Counted from the stretch's first letter, positions 38,893 through 49,640 are shown. The stretch is 64,000 bases of DNA from an uncultured Candidatus Saccharibacteria bacterium (GCA_964459225.1 CAYWKB010000001.1:289318-353317); one strand, 5' to 3'. Translations and numbers: made by a program. Notes: generated from the letters alone by a model not told the origin.

Positions 38893-40100
38893 TTTTTAAT
38901 TAGAATGTCACGGTTGTATATTTTAATAAAAAGTATTTTTCCATTATAATATTGATTATTATTTTTGCCGATAAAAATCTCTGGATTATATGTATAATCT
39001 AGGTTTCCATAATACTGCTTTTTATTAGTAAACATATTATTTATTGATAATTCTAATATTTTTCTTTCGTCATCTACAACTGAAATTATATTATAGTTAG
39101 TATTATTCTTAATTGGTCCATTCTTTATACTTATTACGCCGTCTAATTTGCTATTGATAGCAAAGGCAATTTGGTCATTATCAATAAAAATACCATAGTT
39201 GAATGCAGAATATCCAGGTATGCCTTTTTGAATTATACCAGATTGTTGAGGTATTATTTTTGGTGATATATTAACTTCAATACTTATTTTCTTTTCATTT
39301 TTTATTTGATACCCATCTAGTTGTATATATTCATTAATACCATTTAGTAAAATTCCACCACTATTGTTTTCTAACAAATTAGTTGTGATTAAGGACAAAT
39401 TATCTATGTTGTTAAGTATGTTTCTTGATACATTATTATCAAACCTCCAATACCCAATCAACCCCAACGCATCTGCCCATATTTTTCTATTTGTTCCTAG
39501 CTCATATCTTATATCATCAACTCCATTATCTTCTCTTGCTACCTCCTTTGTGTATTTAGAAGAATCTATAAGGGAAGTAAGATTATAATCTCTATCTATC
39601 TTTTCTATTATTCTCTGACCATTTATTTTTTTTGACTTTTGTATTGTTGAACTTGCTACATATGTATAGTAGTTAAGTGTTACATCACTATTTATCGGAT
39701 CTACAGGTAATATATCTAGACTACCTGAAATATCTACAGGTAACCATCCTGTTCCATCTGTCTTTCTGTAATTTTCATTATTACTGCAATTGTATTTCCA
39801 GTCTTTTGGTAGGGAAGGTAGTGATAGGTTTTTGCAATCCTTTTCCTCTGAAGGTATTGATATATAGATTACATAATCTTTTCCTATTGTCTGTGTTGTT
39901 GATGCTTGTAATGATTGCTCGATTTTACTATTTAAAACTTTTATATTTTCTATTCTTATTTCGTCTAACCTCCTTAAAGCCAACTCATTTATATATGGTT
40001 TTCCGTATTTTACATAAAGTGATGTAAAAATAGCTATTAAACCTAGTATTATTAGGCCTTTTAGTATGATGTCTTTGTTTATTTTCCTAAACCATTTCAT
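38889..40100 (-). CDS. Membrane-anchored pilin-like/LamG domain protein
   Basis: N-terminal TM plus helix, DGTGWLPV..LPVDPIN, GLIGYWRFD, ..IKIYNR LamG end. Confidence 0.75.
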   Translation of the reverse strand: MKWFRKINKDIILKGLIILGLIAIFTSLYVKYGKPYINELALRRLDEIRIENIKVLNSKIEQSLQASTTQTIGKDYVIYISIPSEEKDCKNLSLPSLPKDWKYNCSNNENYRKTDGTGWLPVDISGSLDILPVDPINSDVTLNYYTYVASSTIQKSKKINGQRIIEKIDRDYNLTSLIDSSKYTKEVAREDNGVDDIRYELGTNRKIWADALGLIGYWRFDNNVSRNILNNIDNLSLITTNLLENNSGGILLNGINEYIQLDGYQIKNEKKISIEVNISPKIIPQQSGIIQKGIPGYSAFNYGIFIDNDQIAFAINSKLDGVISIKNGPIKNNTNYNIISVVDDERKILELSINNMFTNKKQYYGNLDYTYNPEIFIGKNNNQYYNGKILFIKIYNRDILIKN

Positions 40101-40146
40101 GCCGATTAATATAGCAGAGTAAGGGAAATTAAGCTATAATCCGTAT

Positions 40147-40644
40147 ATGTTAAATAAGTTCAGAACTTATGCCTATAAATATAGGCTAGAGGCAATACTT
40201 CTAGTTATTCTATGCTTATTTTTGTTTATTGAGCAGGTAAATAGTTATTTGCTATCAATTTATTTGTTGTCTTATTTTGTGATTGTCGCTTTTCTTAATA
40301 ATGAATATTTGCAAAAGGGAGTTCTTAAGGGTTTTTTTGATATTAAAAAAGAAAGAAGGTATCTATATCTTTATTTGATATTTTTATCTCTATCTATTGT
40401 ATGGGGTTTAAGTATTAATGCTATTGTATTTTTATCTATTTTTATTTTATTTGCTCTGTATGACTGGGACAGTAGGATCACTGCATTTCTGGCAATTGCT
40501 ATGCTCATTGGTTGCGTGGTTTTTATGTTAATGAATATGGACAATTATGCTGAGATTTGTGCTGAATATGTATACTATCTACTTGTTATTACTATTTTTT
40601 TACAAATTATCGAATACAAAAAGTTTCCAAATAAATTTAAATGA
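40147..40644 (+). CDS. Hypothetical membrane protein
   Basis: About 5 TM; WDSR and YVYYLL motifs. Confidence 0.75.
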   Translation: MLNKFRTYAYKYRLEAILLVILCLFLFIEQVNSYLLSIYLLSYFVIVAFLNNEYLQKGVLKGFFDIKKERRYLYLYLIFLSLSIVWGLSINAIVFLSIFILFALYDWDSRITAFLAIAMLIGCVVFMLMNMDNYAEICAEYVYYLLVITIFLQIIEYKKFPNKFK

Positions 40645-42284
40645 TTAAATCTAAAATAAATCATTATTTAATATTTACTTTCACCACTATTTTGCTTATT
40701 GTTATCCCTTGGATTGGTAATGGTTATCTACTAACTTTGGATATGGTATTTGGCACACATATTGATGTTTATGGTGGTCATTCGGGCATTACTAATAATT
40801 TACTTTTATATGATGTCTTAAATGTTATCAGTAATACTCTCGGTGGTGTATTTACCCAAAATTTTTTAATTATTTTAATATTCTTTTTTATTATATTTTT
40901 CCCACTTATCTTTTTCTCTAAGATCTTTAAAAATATTAATACAAATGGAGCAGAGTATGCTGTGTCTTTATTGTATACTTTTAATCCTTTCGTTTATGAA
41001 AGATTTTTAGCCGGTCACTGGATGGTCCTATTTGGTTACTCTCTTTTATTTCCTATTTTCTATTATTTTATTGAATTATATAGGGAATATAATATAAAAA
41101 AGATTTTTGTCTTGGCATTACTCATTTCAATTTTGAGTTACATTTCAATTCATACATTTACTATTGTGATTGTAATTACTTTTATTACTACTTTATACTA
41201 CTTCATCTTTAATAAAAATATTATTGAAACTCTTAAAAAGATTTCTATTCTAGCTTTGTCTTGCTTGGTATTATGTAGTTTTTGGTTAATTCCTATGTTT
41301 AATAATAAAAGTAGTAATATTGATAATTTTGATAATAGGCATTGGGAAGTGTTTAAGACAACTGGTGATAATGGTTTTGAGACAATTTCTAATATTGTCT
41401 CACTAAGAGGATTTTGGTTAGAAAGGGAGGTTTGGAGTGAAAGGTTTGTAATGCAAAATAGTTTATATTATAAAATTATATTTTTACCTGTACTTTTAAT
41501 TATTATTTATGGTGTCTATAATGGTGTTAAAAATGAAAGTACTAAAAAAGTTTCTAAAATACTTTTGCTTTTGCTGTCTATTGCAATAATATTTTCGTCT
41601 GGTATCGCTCCTGGTATTTTTAAAAATATTAATTATTGGTTATTTGAAAATATTGGATTTTGGAAGGGATTTAGAGATACTCAAAAATGGTCATCTATAA
41701 TTGCTATTATTTATTCATTATATTTTGGTCTTGGTATCTCTGGTCTTTTAACTAAGTACGACAAATACTTTAATCGGGGTATTTTATTGAGTATTTTTAT
41801 TTTATTACCTATTTTATATACCCCTAGTATGCTATTTGGCTTTTCAAATCAATTAAAAACAGTAAATTACCCAGATTCTTGGTATGAGGTAAATGAAATA
41901 ATTAAAGGTGAGGTAAATTGTAGAGCACTTTTTCTGCCTTGGCATCAATATTATGAATTAAAATTTAATAATAGTATTTTGACCGGTAATATTTCTAGGA
42001 ACTTTTTTGATTGTGATATCTTGCATGGTAAAAATATGGAATTAGGAAATATTAAAAGTCAGGGAGGTAATGGTGATGAGTATAATGAACTTGAGACAAT
42101 AGTTATAGATAATAATTTAAATAAAGATAGAGGTGTAGAAAAGTTAAAGAAATTTAATATTAAATATATTATCTTTACGGATGATATTATGAGCCTTGAT
42201 GAGTACTATTATCCTTTTTTGGATTCATTTTTAATTAAAGAAATCTATAAAAAAGACGGTATTTACTTGTTTAAAGTAATCTGA
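40641..42284 (+). CDS. Polytopic membrane protein, GT-C candidate
   Basis: LTLDMVF, YTFNPFVYERF.AGHW, GFRDTQKW, extracellular LFLPWHQY domain. Confidence 0.65.
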   Translation: MIKSKINHYLIFTFTTILLIVIPWIGNGYLLTLDMVFGTHIDVYGGHSGITNNLLLYDVLNVISNTLGGVFTQNFLIILIFFFIIFFPLIFFSKIFKNINTNGAEYAVSLLYTFNPFVYERFLAGHWMVLFGYSLLFPIFYYFIELYREYNIKKIFVLALLISILSYISIHTFTIVIVITFITTLYYFIFNKNIIETLKKISILALSCLVLCSFWLIPMFNNKSSNIDNFDNRHWEVFKTTGDNGFETISNIVSLRGFWLEREVWSERFVMQNSLYYKIIFLPVLLIIIYGVYNGVKNESTKKVSKILLLLLSIAIIFSSGIAPGIFKNINYWLFENIGFWKGFRDTQKWSSIIAIIYSLYFGLGISGLLTKYDKYFNRGILLSIFILLPILYTPSMLFGFSNQLKTVNYPDSWYEVNEIIKGEVNCRALFLPWHQYYELKFNNSILTGNISRNFFDCDILHGKNMELGNIKSQGGNGDEYNELETIVIDNNLNKDRGVEKLKKFNIKYIIFTDDIMSLDEYYYPFLDSFLIKEIYKKDGIYLFKVI

Positions 42285-42351
42285 TACTATTAAATCAATG
42301 TGAATTAGTGCTAAAACACTATAAAACAGCTTATTATTTATCAATAAAAAA

Positions 42352-42762
42352 ATGAAGAAAACACTAATAACAATAATGACACTTGTTTTGACACTTGCTT
42401 TTGCAGGTACAGTCAATGCTCAAGTAGGTTACGGCGGATCTGGTGGTGGTACATCAGGTGGTCGTGGTTTTATAACTAATCCTACAGCTATAAACGCTAT
42501 TCAGACTAGAAATCCTCAAGCTGGTCGTGTACTCGGTGCTTCTACATTCACTTTCGTTTCTCCTCTAAGAAGGAGTAATACTGGTGATGCTGTTGTTGAA
42601 CTTCAAGAGAGACTTCGTGCTCTTGGATTCTTCAAATATCCTGTCTCAACTGGATTTTTCGGTCCTATAACTTTGGCTGCTGTTCAAGCATTTCAAACTG
42701 CTAACAATATCCCAAGTACAGGTTATGTAGGTGCTCTTACAATAGCTGCATTAAATAAATAA
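42352..42762 (+). CDS. Secreted peptidoglycan-binding domain protein
   Basis: Signal peptide, Gly-rich linker, V.ELQ.RL..LGF..TG.FGP.T.AAV.AFQ. Confidence 0.9.
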   Translation: MKKTLITIMTLVLTLAFAGTVNAQVGYGGSGGGTSGGRGFITNPTAINAIQTRNPQAGRVLGASTFTFVSPLRRSNTGDAVVELQERLRALGFFKYPVSTGFFGPITLAAVQAFQTANNIPSTGYVGALTIAALNK

Positions 42763-42786
42763 TATTTAACTCTGTATACTAGATAC

Positions 42787-42820
42787 ACAAAAACAGCCCA
42801 TTAACATGGGTTGTTTTTTG
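42787..42820 (+). terminator. Terminator
   Basis: AAAAACAGCCCAT-taac-ATGGGTTGTTTTT. Confidence 0.75.
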
Positions 42821-42837
42821 TTATACAATATCTATAT

Positions 42838-43764
42838 ATGTACAAGTGGTTTCGTAAACATTTTATCCCTCATAAACACAATAATCATAAACCACACTTT
42901 CTCCGTAGTAAAAATATTAGATTTTTAGCTTTATCTATTTTACTTATTGAAATTTGTTTCCTTACTATTCCTACTTTAAAAATAATTGATTATATTAGTA
43001 ATAATTTTACCGCTCTTGTTTTGCCCACTGTCTTAGCCGATCTCACAAATATCAATAGGGAAAAAATTAATTTGCCAAGTTTAACTGTAAATGAAACTTT
43101 AAATACTGTTGCAAGCATGAAGGCACAGGATATGGCGGCAAAGGGATATTTTGCTCATATAAGTCCCGAAGGCAAAGAACCATGGTTTTGGTTTGATAAG
43201 GCAGGATACAAATATGAATACGCAGGGGAAAATCTCGCAATTGATTTCACGGATTCAGAGGATGTCACTTTGGCATGGATGAATTCACCTACTCATAAAG
43301 CAAATATTATTAAACATGCATATACCGAAATGGGTACAGGTATTGCAACTGGTACATATGAAGGCAATCCCACAGTTTTTGTGGCACAAGTTTATGCAAA
43401 GCCTCTTACAAACAATGTCCCTATTACCGCAAGTATAGCTAGTGTGGAAAGTAATACAGGAGAAAATGACAAAATAAAAGGTGCAACAATTGAAAAGGTA
43501 GATGATTTAAAAAGTTCAAAATTTGAAAGGACAATATCATCACCAAGACATATTATAAATATTATTTTAATTATTATTTCTATCCTTGTGATTGGTGCAC
43601 TTTGTCTTAAGATTTTTATTAAATTTGATAAAAAGCATTCAAGGTTAATAACAAATGGTGTGGTTATATTAGCTTTAATTGTTGGTATATACACATTAAA
43701 TATGTATATTTCATTAAATAAATTAAAGATAAGCACTTCATTTACTAGTTTTGAAAATAAATGA
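42838..43764 (+). CDS. CAP/SCP domain membrane protein
   Basis: DMAAKGYFAH, AGENLA, WMNSPTHKANI. Confidence 0.93.
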   Translation: MYKWFRKHFIPHKHNNHKPHFLRSKNIRFLALSILLIEICFLTIPTLKIIDYISNNFTALVLPTVLADLTNINREKINLPSLTVNETLNTVASMKAQDMAAKGYFAHISPEGKEPWFWFDKAGYKYEYAGENLAIDFTDSEDVTLAWMNSPTHKANIIKHAYTEMGTGIATGTYEGNPTVFVAQVYAKPLTNNVPITASIASVESNTGENDKIKGATIEKVDDLKSSKFERTISSPRHIINIILIIISILVIGALCLKIFIKFDKKHSRLITNGVVILALIVGIYTLNMYISLNKLKISTSFTSFENK

Positions 43765-44507
43765 CAAAATATATTTTAATTTTAATATCGGCAATTATTA
43801 TAAATACCTCAATTGTATTTGCTGAACCGGAACAAATAAATGCGAGAATATTACCAACCATTTGGTATTCTGATTTAAATATAAAAGAAGGAGATACAGT
43901 TAAAGTATTTGCAGGTATTCAAAATAATTCAAATACAAATTGGACGGGAAATGCAGTCTTTTTGGTTGATAATGTTGAGATTGCAAAACAGGCATTTACT
44001 TCAAATTCAGATACGCTGAAGGATATAAGTGCAAATTGGAAAGTGAGTTCAGGTACTCATGATATACAGGTCAAAATAACAGCAAATAATCTACCAGAGG
44101 GCAAGACATTGGTTGCCTATGAGACAAATAAAAGCACATTGTCGGTGAATATAAATATAACTAAAGAAGATGTAAAAGAAAAAATAAATGATACAGCAGT
44201 AAAGGTATTAGATAAGACAAATAGTTTGGCAGAAGTCTTGGCCGAAAAATTAGATGACTATAAAAAACCAGATACAGAAAAGATAAAAATTTCTGAATTA
44301 ATCGATGGTGTAAAGGGAAAAGTTTTAGGTACAACAACACAGAGTAAAGCACAAAAAGATGATTTTTCAATAGGTAAATTTGCTGGAAATGCTTTTGATT
44401 CCGCTTGGAATGTAGTTATAGATACATTTAAATTTTTAATAAATAATTGGAAGTGGAGTCTGGCAGGATTGCTTGTGTTATACTTGTTGTATAAATTTTT
44501 CCTATAA
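43761..44507 (+). CDS. Exported protein with CARDB/Ig-like domain and C-terminal TM
   Basis: Signal peptide, W...SGTHDIQV beta-sandwich pattern, C-terminal hydrophobic helix. Confidence 0.65.
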   Translation: MTKYILILISAIIINTSIVFAEPEQINARILPTIWYSDLNIKEGDTVKVFAGIQNNSNTNWTGNAVFLVDNVEIAKQAFTSNSDTLKDISANWKVSSGTHDIQVKITANNLPEGKTLVAYETNKSTLSVNINITKEDVKEKINDTAVKVLDKTNSLAEVLAEKLDDYKKPDTEKIKISELIDGVKGKVLGTTTQSKAQKDDFSIGKFAGNAFDSAWNVVIDTFKFLINNWKWSLAGLLVLYLLYKFFL

Positions 44508-44511
44508 TCTT

Positions 44512-45012
44512 ATGGAAGTAAAAGACAAGGCAGAAAAAATAGCGACAATAGCAGCAGGGCATACCATGAGTTTAATTATCAATAATTGGTTTGATTATGG
44601 TATTTACGTGCCAGTTATTGCATATTTTGGCCCAGTGAAAGGTGGCGGAATCATGATTGTCCTTTCAATCCTTATCAATTTAATCCTGATATATCTATAC
44701 GATAAGACAGGAAAAGATTGGTTAGGATTTGAAATGATAAAAGAAGGAAAGGAAGAGGCTGCTTCAAAGCTACCTAATTGGCTCAAAAAAGCCATAAATG
44801 CTGGAGACATAATGGCTTTTATTGGATTGTCTATATATGATCCATTTTTCGCTACAATATATCTAAGAAAAATTGAAAACAAGTTCAATGGTCTAACAAA
44901 AAGGGATTGGATAATATTTATTATCGCCACAATTTTGAGTAATATAGGATGGACAGCTCTGGTTTATTCTGGTATTTCAGTATTTAAAATTATATACAAT
45001 TTTATTGTATAA
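44512..45012 (+). CDS. Hypothetical membrane protein
   Basis: ATG 44512; 3-4 TM; YD..GKDWLG.E and DPF..TIYLR. Confidence 0.75.
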   Translation: MEVKDKAEKIATIAAGHTMSLIINNWFDYGIYVPVIAYFGPVKGGGIMIVLSILINLILIYLYDKTGKDWLGFEMIKEGKEEAASKLPNWLKKAINAGDIMAFIGLSIYDPFFATIYLRKIENKFNGLTKRDWIIFIIATILSNIGWTALVYSGISVFKIIYNFIV

Positions 45013-45029
45013 TATACCCTATACTATTT

Positions 45030-45419
45030 ATGTCAGAAAAGAATAAAAATATATTGTTTTTTGGAATACTTACTCTAATGATTTTGATATCAATTTCTTT
45101 TTCCTATTATAAATATATTGTAAAAATGGATTATCAAGTTTTTGCTCATGTAGCATGTGATAAAAATACTGAAAATTGTTTTGAAGAGGAATGCGTAGAT
45201 AGCGATAATTGCGAAATAAATTCAGATGGAAATAAAGTTAAATATTACAAAATCATAAGCAAAAATGCCTATAACATCTATATGTGTAGGAATAGCTCAA
45301 ATAAAGAGGGATGCACAGGAGAATACAAATGCACATTAGGTGAAAGTAATTGTTCATATGAATTTTGTACTTCAGATAATTCAAAATACATAAGTGGTTG
45401 CAGTACAAAAATGAATTGA
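45030..45419 (+). CDS. Membrane-anchored Cys-rich protein
   Basis: N-terminal TM followed by 10 Cys. Confidence 0.8.
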   Translation: MSEKNKNILFFGILTLMILISISFSYYKYIVKMDYQVFAHVACDKNTENCFEEECVDSDNCEINSDGNKVKYYKIISKNAYNIYMCRNSSNKEGCTGEYKCTLGESNCSYEFCTSDNSKYISGCSTKMN

Positions 45420-45420
45420 G

Positions 45421-46182
45421 ATGGATAATGAAAATATTTATACAAATATAGTTGATCTCGAAAAGGAGATAGAAAAAAGGAGAAATGATAAAGAATTAAA
45501 TGAAAAGCTTCTCAAGTTTTGGCATATTCATAAGCCTGATTTTATAAGAGATAATACATGCCTTGTACTATCTAAACCACTTATAACTCCAAACAAAGAA
45601 TTAAAATATTTCCTAGATATTGCAAAAGAGTTTAATTTTAAAACACTTTTCCTAGAATATTTAAAGGGGAAGTTTGTAGGAGTAAATGAGGAAAAAAGGC
45701 ATTTGGGTAAAATGTATTTTTATCATGGACGAGGCAAAAAGCACGGGAGCAAGTTAAATCATGTAAACATTATAGACTTTACTAAACAAGAAGGTAAAAG
45801 GGTTGAGGATGTGATGACTGTAAATGGTAAAAGCGTCAAGGATTTTCATAGACAAATACTTAAAAATAAATTTCCAGATAATAATTTTGATATCATAGAT
45901 ATTTCGCCTTGGTTTGATAATACAAAACATTTAGATGAATATTATGTATTCTATCTATCGCTTTTTATAAAGGATTTTGTGCTTTTTGAAAATTTTATAT
46001 TTGATGATAGAGAAGAAAGCAAATTTACAAAAGAAAAATTTATGCCAAGTTTTGAAAAGGTAACTAAGATGTTTGGATATAAGCCACTTATTATCCCTTT
46101 ACTTCCACATGAAAATGAAAAAAGCAGAACTTGGTTTTATTATGATGGAGATATAGAGGAACATGTAAGGGGTATGATATAA
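45421..46182 (+). CDS. Hypothetical cytoplasmic protein (253 aa)
   Basis: 1 nt after the upstream stop; TPNKE, VLFENF, GYKPLI motifs; family not recognised. Confidence 0.8.
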   Translation: MDNENIYTNIVDLEKEIEKRRNDKELNEKLLKFWHIHKPDFIRDNTCLVLSKPLITPNKELKYFLDIAKEFNFKTLFLEYLKGKFVGVNEEKRHLGKMYFYHGRGKKHGSKLNHVNIIDFTKQEGKRVEDVMTVNGKSVKDFHRQILKNKFPDNNFDIIDISPWFDNTKHLDEYYVFYLSLFIKDFVLFENFIFDDREESKFTKEKFMPSFEKVTKMFGYKPLIIPLLPHENEKSRTWFYYDGDIEEHVRGMI

Positions 46183-46189
46183 TATAAAA

Positions 46190-46735
46190 ATGGAAAATAA
46201 TAACTTCACACTAAAAGATACTAATGGTTACGGAAAGGGGGTTTATGCAAATAAAAATTTCAAAAAAGGCGAAATTATATACACACTTTCTGGTGAAGTC
46301 ATTACATTTGAGGAATCAATAAGAAGGATCAAGTCAGGTATCGAAAAACAAACAGATTCTCTGCAAGTTGGCTTGGAGATGGATATGGATCTAGATGAAT
46401 TTTCAAGAACATTCAATCATAGCTGTGATCCGAATGCAGGTCTGAGAAAGGTAAGTGAATTATTTGCATTAAGAGATATCAATATTGGCGATGAAATAAC
46501 TTATGATTATTCGGCAACAATTGGTCCAAACATACCGGATTCATTGTGGTCTATGGAATGCCTATGTGGGGCTAGTATATGCAGAAAGATATTACATAAT
46601 GTTTTGAGTATTCCAAAAGAAAGATTGGATTATTATAGGAGGGAAGGTGCTTTGCAGGACTATATAATAAAAGAGTTAGATATTATTGATTCAATGGGTG
46701 GTAAATTGCCTAAATATAATCCAATAGATTTATAG
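46190..46735 (+). CDS. SET-domain methyltransferase with post-SET cysteines
   Basis: GKGVYA, NHSCDPN, GDEITYDY, CLCGASICR. Confidence 0.93.
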   Translation: MENNNFTLKDTNGYGKGVYANKNFKKGEIIYTLSGEVITFEESIRRIKSGIEKQTDSLQVGLEMDMDLDEFSRTFNHSCDPNAGLRKVSELFALRDINIGDEITYDYSATIGPNIPDSLWSMECLCGASICRKILHNVLSIPKERLDYYRREGALQDYIIKELDIIDSMGGKLPKYNPIDL

Positions 46736-46739
46736 TTTT

Positions 46740-48392
46740 ATGGACTTTAATAGCATAGAAAATATTCAAAATTGTTTTAATATAATTAATGAAACATCCA
46801 AGATTCTTTTCTATTCTCATATTCCAACTACAGTAATAGCATTTTTTATTGGTATTGCTGTACTTAAAAATGGTGATAATAAAATAGCGAGTAGATTATT
46901 GTTTTTTATAACATCGATATTTTCATTATGGTCTGTAATAGATTTACTTGTCTGGTTTAGTTATGACAGAAGTACATTACTTATGTATGCATGGTCACTC
47001 TATGGAATTATTTACGGATTAATATTTATTTCTTCAGTTTATTTTGTTTATTCTTATTTCGATAATAAGGATATAAGTATTTCAAAAAAATCCATACTTC
47101 TCATTTTAATATTGCCATTTATATTACTTACTCCAACTACTTACAATATTCAAGGATACGATAATGTAGGTTGTGTAGCAAAGGAGACAGGAATATTTTT
47201 AAATTATTATCTTATACTCGGTGTGATAGTGGTGTTCTGGATACTCGCCATAGCTATTAATAGATATTTAAAATCAAATTCTACAAGTCAAAAAAAGCAA
47301 ATAGTACTTATGACTTTTGGTATCGAATCATTCCTCATCCTTTTTTCTTGTGTGGTATTCCTAGTAGCATATCTTGTCGATACGGGATATATCACAAATG
47401 GTGATTATAGTTTGGATCAGTATGCATTACTTAGTATGCCTATATTTATCGCTTTTCTTGCATACCTTATTGTTAAATTTAGGACTTTTAATATCAAGTT
47501 AATAGGTGCTCAGGCAATAGTTTTGGGATTGGTTACTTTAACTGGTTCAAAACTTTTTACAGTTGAAACATTACAATCTCGTATAATTACATTTATAACT
47601 TTTGCTTTGTCTGCTATTTTTGGATTTTATTTAATTAAAAATATTAAAAGAGAAATTGAAGCAAGAAATAAAATAGAAATACTTGCAAAGAAATTGGAAA
47701 AGGCAAATGAAGAACAGGCCGATACTCTAAGATTTATAACACATCAAGTAAACGGTATATTTACAAATACAAAAGGGGCACTGGCATCAATTATTGAAGG
47801 TCAATATGATCCAATACCTGAAAATCTTAGGGAAATGGTTAAAAATCTATTTATGATTCAATCTGGAGGTGTTGATAGTGTGCAATCATTTTTATCTGCT
47901 TCACAAGTTGATAATGGTAATCCGTATTCAATGGCAAAGGTAAATATAAATGAAATAACATTAAACGCATTTAAACAATTAAAATTAAAGGCAGATAAAA
48001 AGGGTCTTCAAATGAATATTAAATTCAACGATGATAATTTATTTGTAAATGGTGACAAGACATATTTAACGAATGCTTTTATAAACGTATTTGATAATGC
48101 AATAAGATATACAAAAATAGGTACAATAGATATTGAATTAAATAAAATTGAAAATAAATACGTACAAATTTCAGTTAAAGACACTGGAGTAGGAATAAAC
48201 GCAGAAGACGGTCAAAAGTTATTTACAAAATACGGCAGAGGCAAAAACTCAAGATCAGTAAATGTTGATAGTAATGGTATTGGACTATATTTAGTCAAAA
48301 GAATTCTGGACGGACATAACGGAAATATTTGGTATGAAACAGTTGAGGGTAAGGGAACAGTCTTTTATATTAAATTGCCACTTGTAGATTAA
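46740..48392 (+). CDS. Sensor histidine kinase with multi-TM (HisKA_7TM-like) input
   Basis: Polytopic N-half; H-box FITHQV, N-box DNAIRYT, DTGVGI, GIGLY, GTVF. Confidence 0.92.
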   Translation: MDFNSIENIQNCFNIINETSKILFYSHIPTTVIAFFIGIAVLKNGDNKIASRLLFFITSIFSLWSVIDLLVWFSYDRSTLLMYAWSLYGIIYGLIFISSVYFVYSYFDNKDISISKKSILLILILPFILLTPTTYNIQGYDNVGCVAKETGIFLNYYLILGVIVVFWILAIAINRYLKSNSTSQKKQIVLMTFGIESFLILFSCVVFLVAYLVDTGYITNGDYSLDQYALLSMPIFIAFLAYLIVKFRTFNIKLIGAQAIVLGLVTLTGSKLFTVETLQSRIITFITFALSAIFGFYLIKNIKREIEARNKIEILAKKLEKANEEQADTLRFITHQVNGIFTNTKGALASIIEGQYDPIPENLREMVKNLFMIQSGGVDSVQSFLSASQVDNGNPYSMAKVNINEITLNAFKQLKLKADKKGLQMNIKFNDDNLFVNGDKTYLTNAFINVFDNAIRYTKIGTIDIELNKIENKYVQISVKDTGVGINAEDGQKLFTKYGRGKNSRSVNVDSNGIGLYLVKRILDGHNGNIWYETVEGKGTVFYIKLPLVD

Positions 48393-48438
48393 TTTGATTT
48401 TGCTTGAATATTAATCAAAAAAAGGGCATTATAGTCAT

Positions 48439-49536
48439 ATGTCATTAAGTATAGGAATTGTCGGGCTACCAAATGTAGGCAAATCAACACTTTTTACCGC
48501 TTTAACCAAAAAGAGTGTTTTAATTGCTAACTATCCATTTGCAACTATAGATCCATCTGTTGGCGTTGTTGCAGTGCCAGATGAAAGACTGTGGAAACTT
48601 TCAGAATTTTCAAAAACACAAAAGACAGTACCAGCAATAGTAGAATTCGTTGATATTGCAGGACTTGTAAAGGGAGCATCAGATGGTGAAGGACTTGGAA
48701 ATCAATTCCTAACAAATATTCGCGAAACAGATGCAATTGCGCATGTAGTTAGAATATTTGAAGACGATAATATAATACATGTGGATGGAAAGATTAATCC
48801 TCTAAAAGATATTGAGGTTATAAATCTAGAATTGATACTTGCTGACTTACAAACTATTACAAAAAGACTTTCAAATGTACAAAGAGAAGTGAAGGCAAAT
48901 AAAAAGGAAGCAATAATCGAAAATACATTATTAGAAAAGATTAAAGTAGCATTAGATGCAGGTAAATTGGCATCAAGTGTTATACCAGATGAATTTGAAA
49001 AACCATTTCTAAAATCAATGCATTTATTAACATCAAAACCAATGATGTATGTTTTGAATAAAAAGTCAGGAGGCAAAAATCTAGATGAAATAAATGATGA
49101 AAGATATGTAGCGCTTTTAAAATATTTTAAAGAAAATAATTCAAAATGGGTTGTGGTTGATGCAGGAATTGAACATGAATTAAAAGATTTGGAGGATAAA
49201 GATAAAAAGGAAATGAGAGAAGGATTGGGGGCAAAGGATGATGGAATAGATGAATTAATAAAAAAGGGTTATGAACTTTTGAATCTTATTACGTATTTTA
49301 CAACAGGGGAAAAAGAAACACGCGCTTGGACTATAGGACGAGGATGGACAGCACCAGAAGCAGGAACTGCAATACATGGAGATTTCAAGGATAAGTTTAT
49401 AAGGGCGGAAGTAATAGAATGGGATAAATTAATTGAATCAGGATCATTTGGGCAGGCTAGAGAAAAGGGACTCATAAGGACAGAGGGAAAGGAGTATATA
49501 GTAAAGGATGGGGATGTGATGGAGTTTAAGATTTAG
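48439..49536 (+). CDS. ychF: Ribosome-binding ATPase YchF
   Basis: GIVGLPNVGKST, ANYPFATI, DIAGLVKGA, EGKEYIVKDGD. Confidence 0.98.
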   Translation: MSLSIGIVGLPNVGKSTLFTALTKKSVLIANYPFATIDPSVGVVAVPDERLWKLSEFSKTQKTVPAIVEFVDIAGLVKGASDGEGLGNQFLTNIRETDAIAHVVRIFEDDNIIHVDGKINPLKDIEVINLELILADLQTITKRLSNVQREVKANKKEAIIENTLLEKIKVALDAGKLASSVIPDEFEKPFLKSMHLLTSKPMMYVLNKKSGGKNLDEINDERYVALLKYFKENNSKWVVVDAGIEHELKDLEDKDKKEMREGLGAKDDGIDELIKKGYELLNLITYFTTGEKETRAWTIGRGWTAPEAGTAIHGDFKDKFIRAEVIEWDKLIESGSFGQAREKGLIRTEGKEYIVKDGDVMEFKI

Positions 49537-49537
49537 G

Positions 49538-49628
49538 TAAAAAATAGCCCAACGATTTTTGTCGTCGGGCCCTGATTTCGCCTCTAGAAATCAGTGGGCG
49601 CAACCATTTTCATGGAGTGATACCTTGA
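49538..49628 (-). ncRNA. Candidate three-hairpin sRNA between two copies of the ychF 3' end
   Basis: Minus TGtTATAAT (49641-49633); stems TTTTCA/TGAAAA, CTGATTTC/GAAATCAG, GCCCGACGA/TCGTTGGGC plus T-tract. Confidence 0.5.
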
Positions 49629-49640
49629 AAATATTATAAC

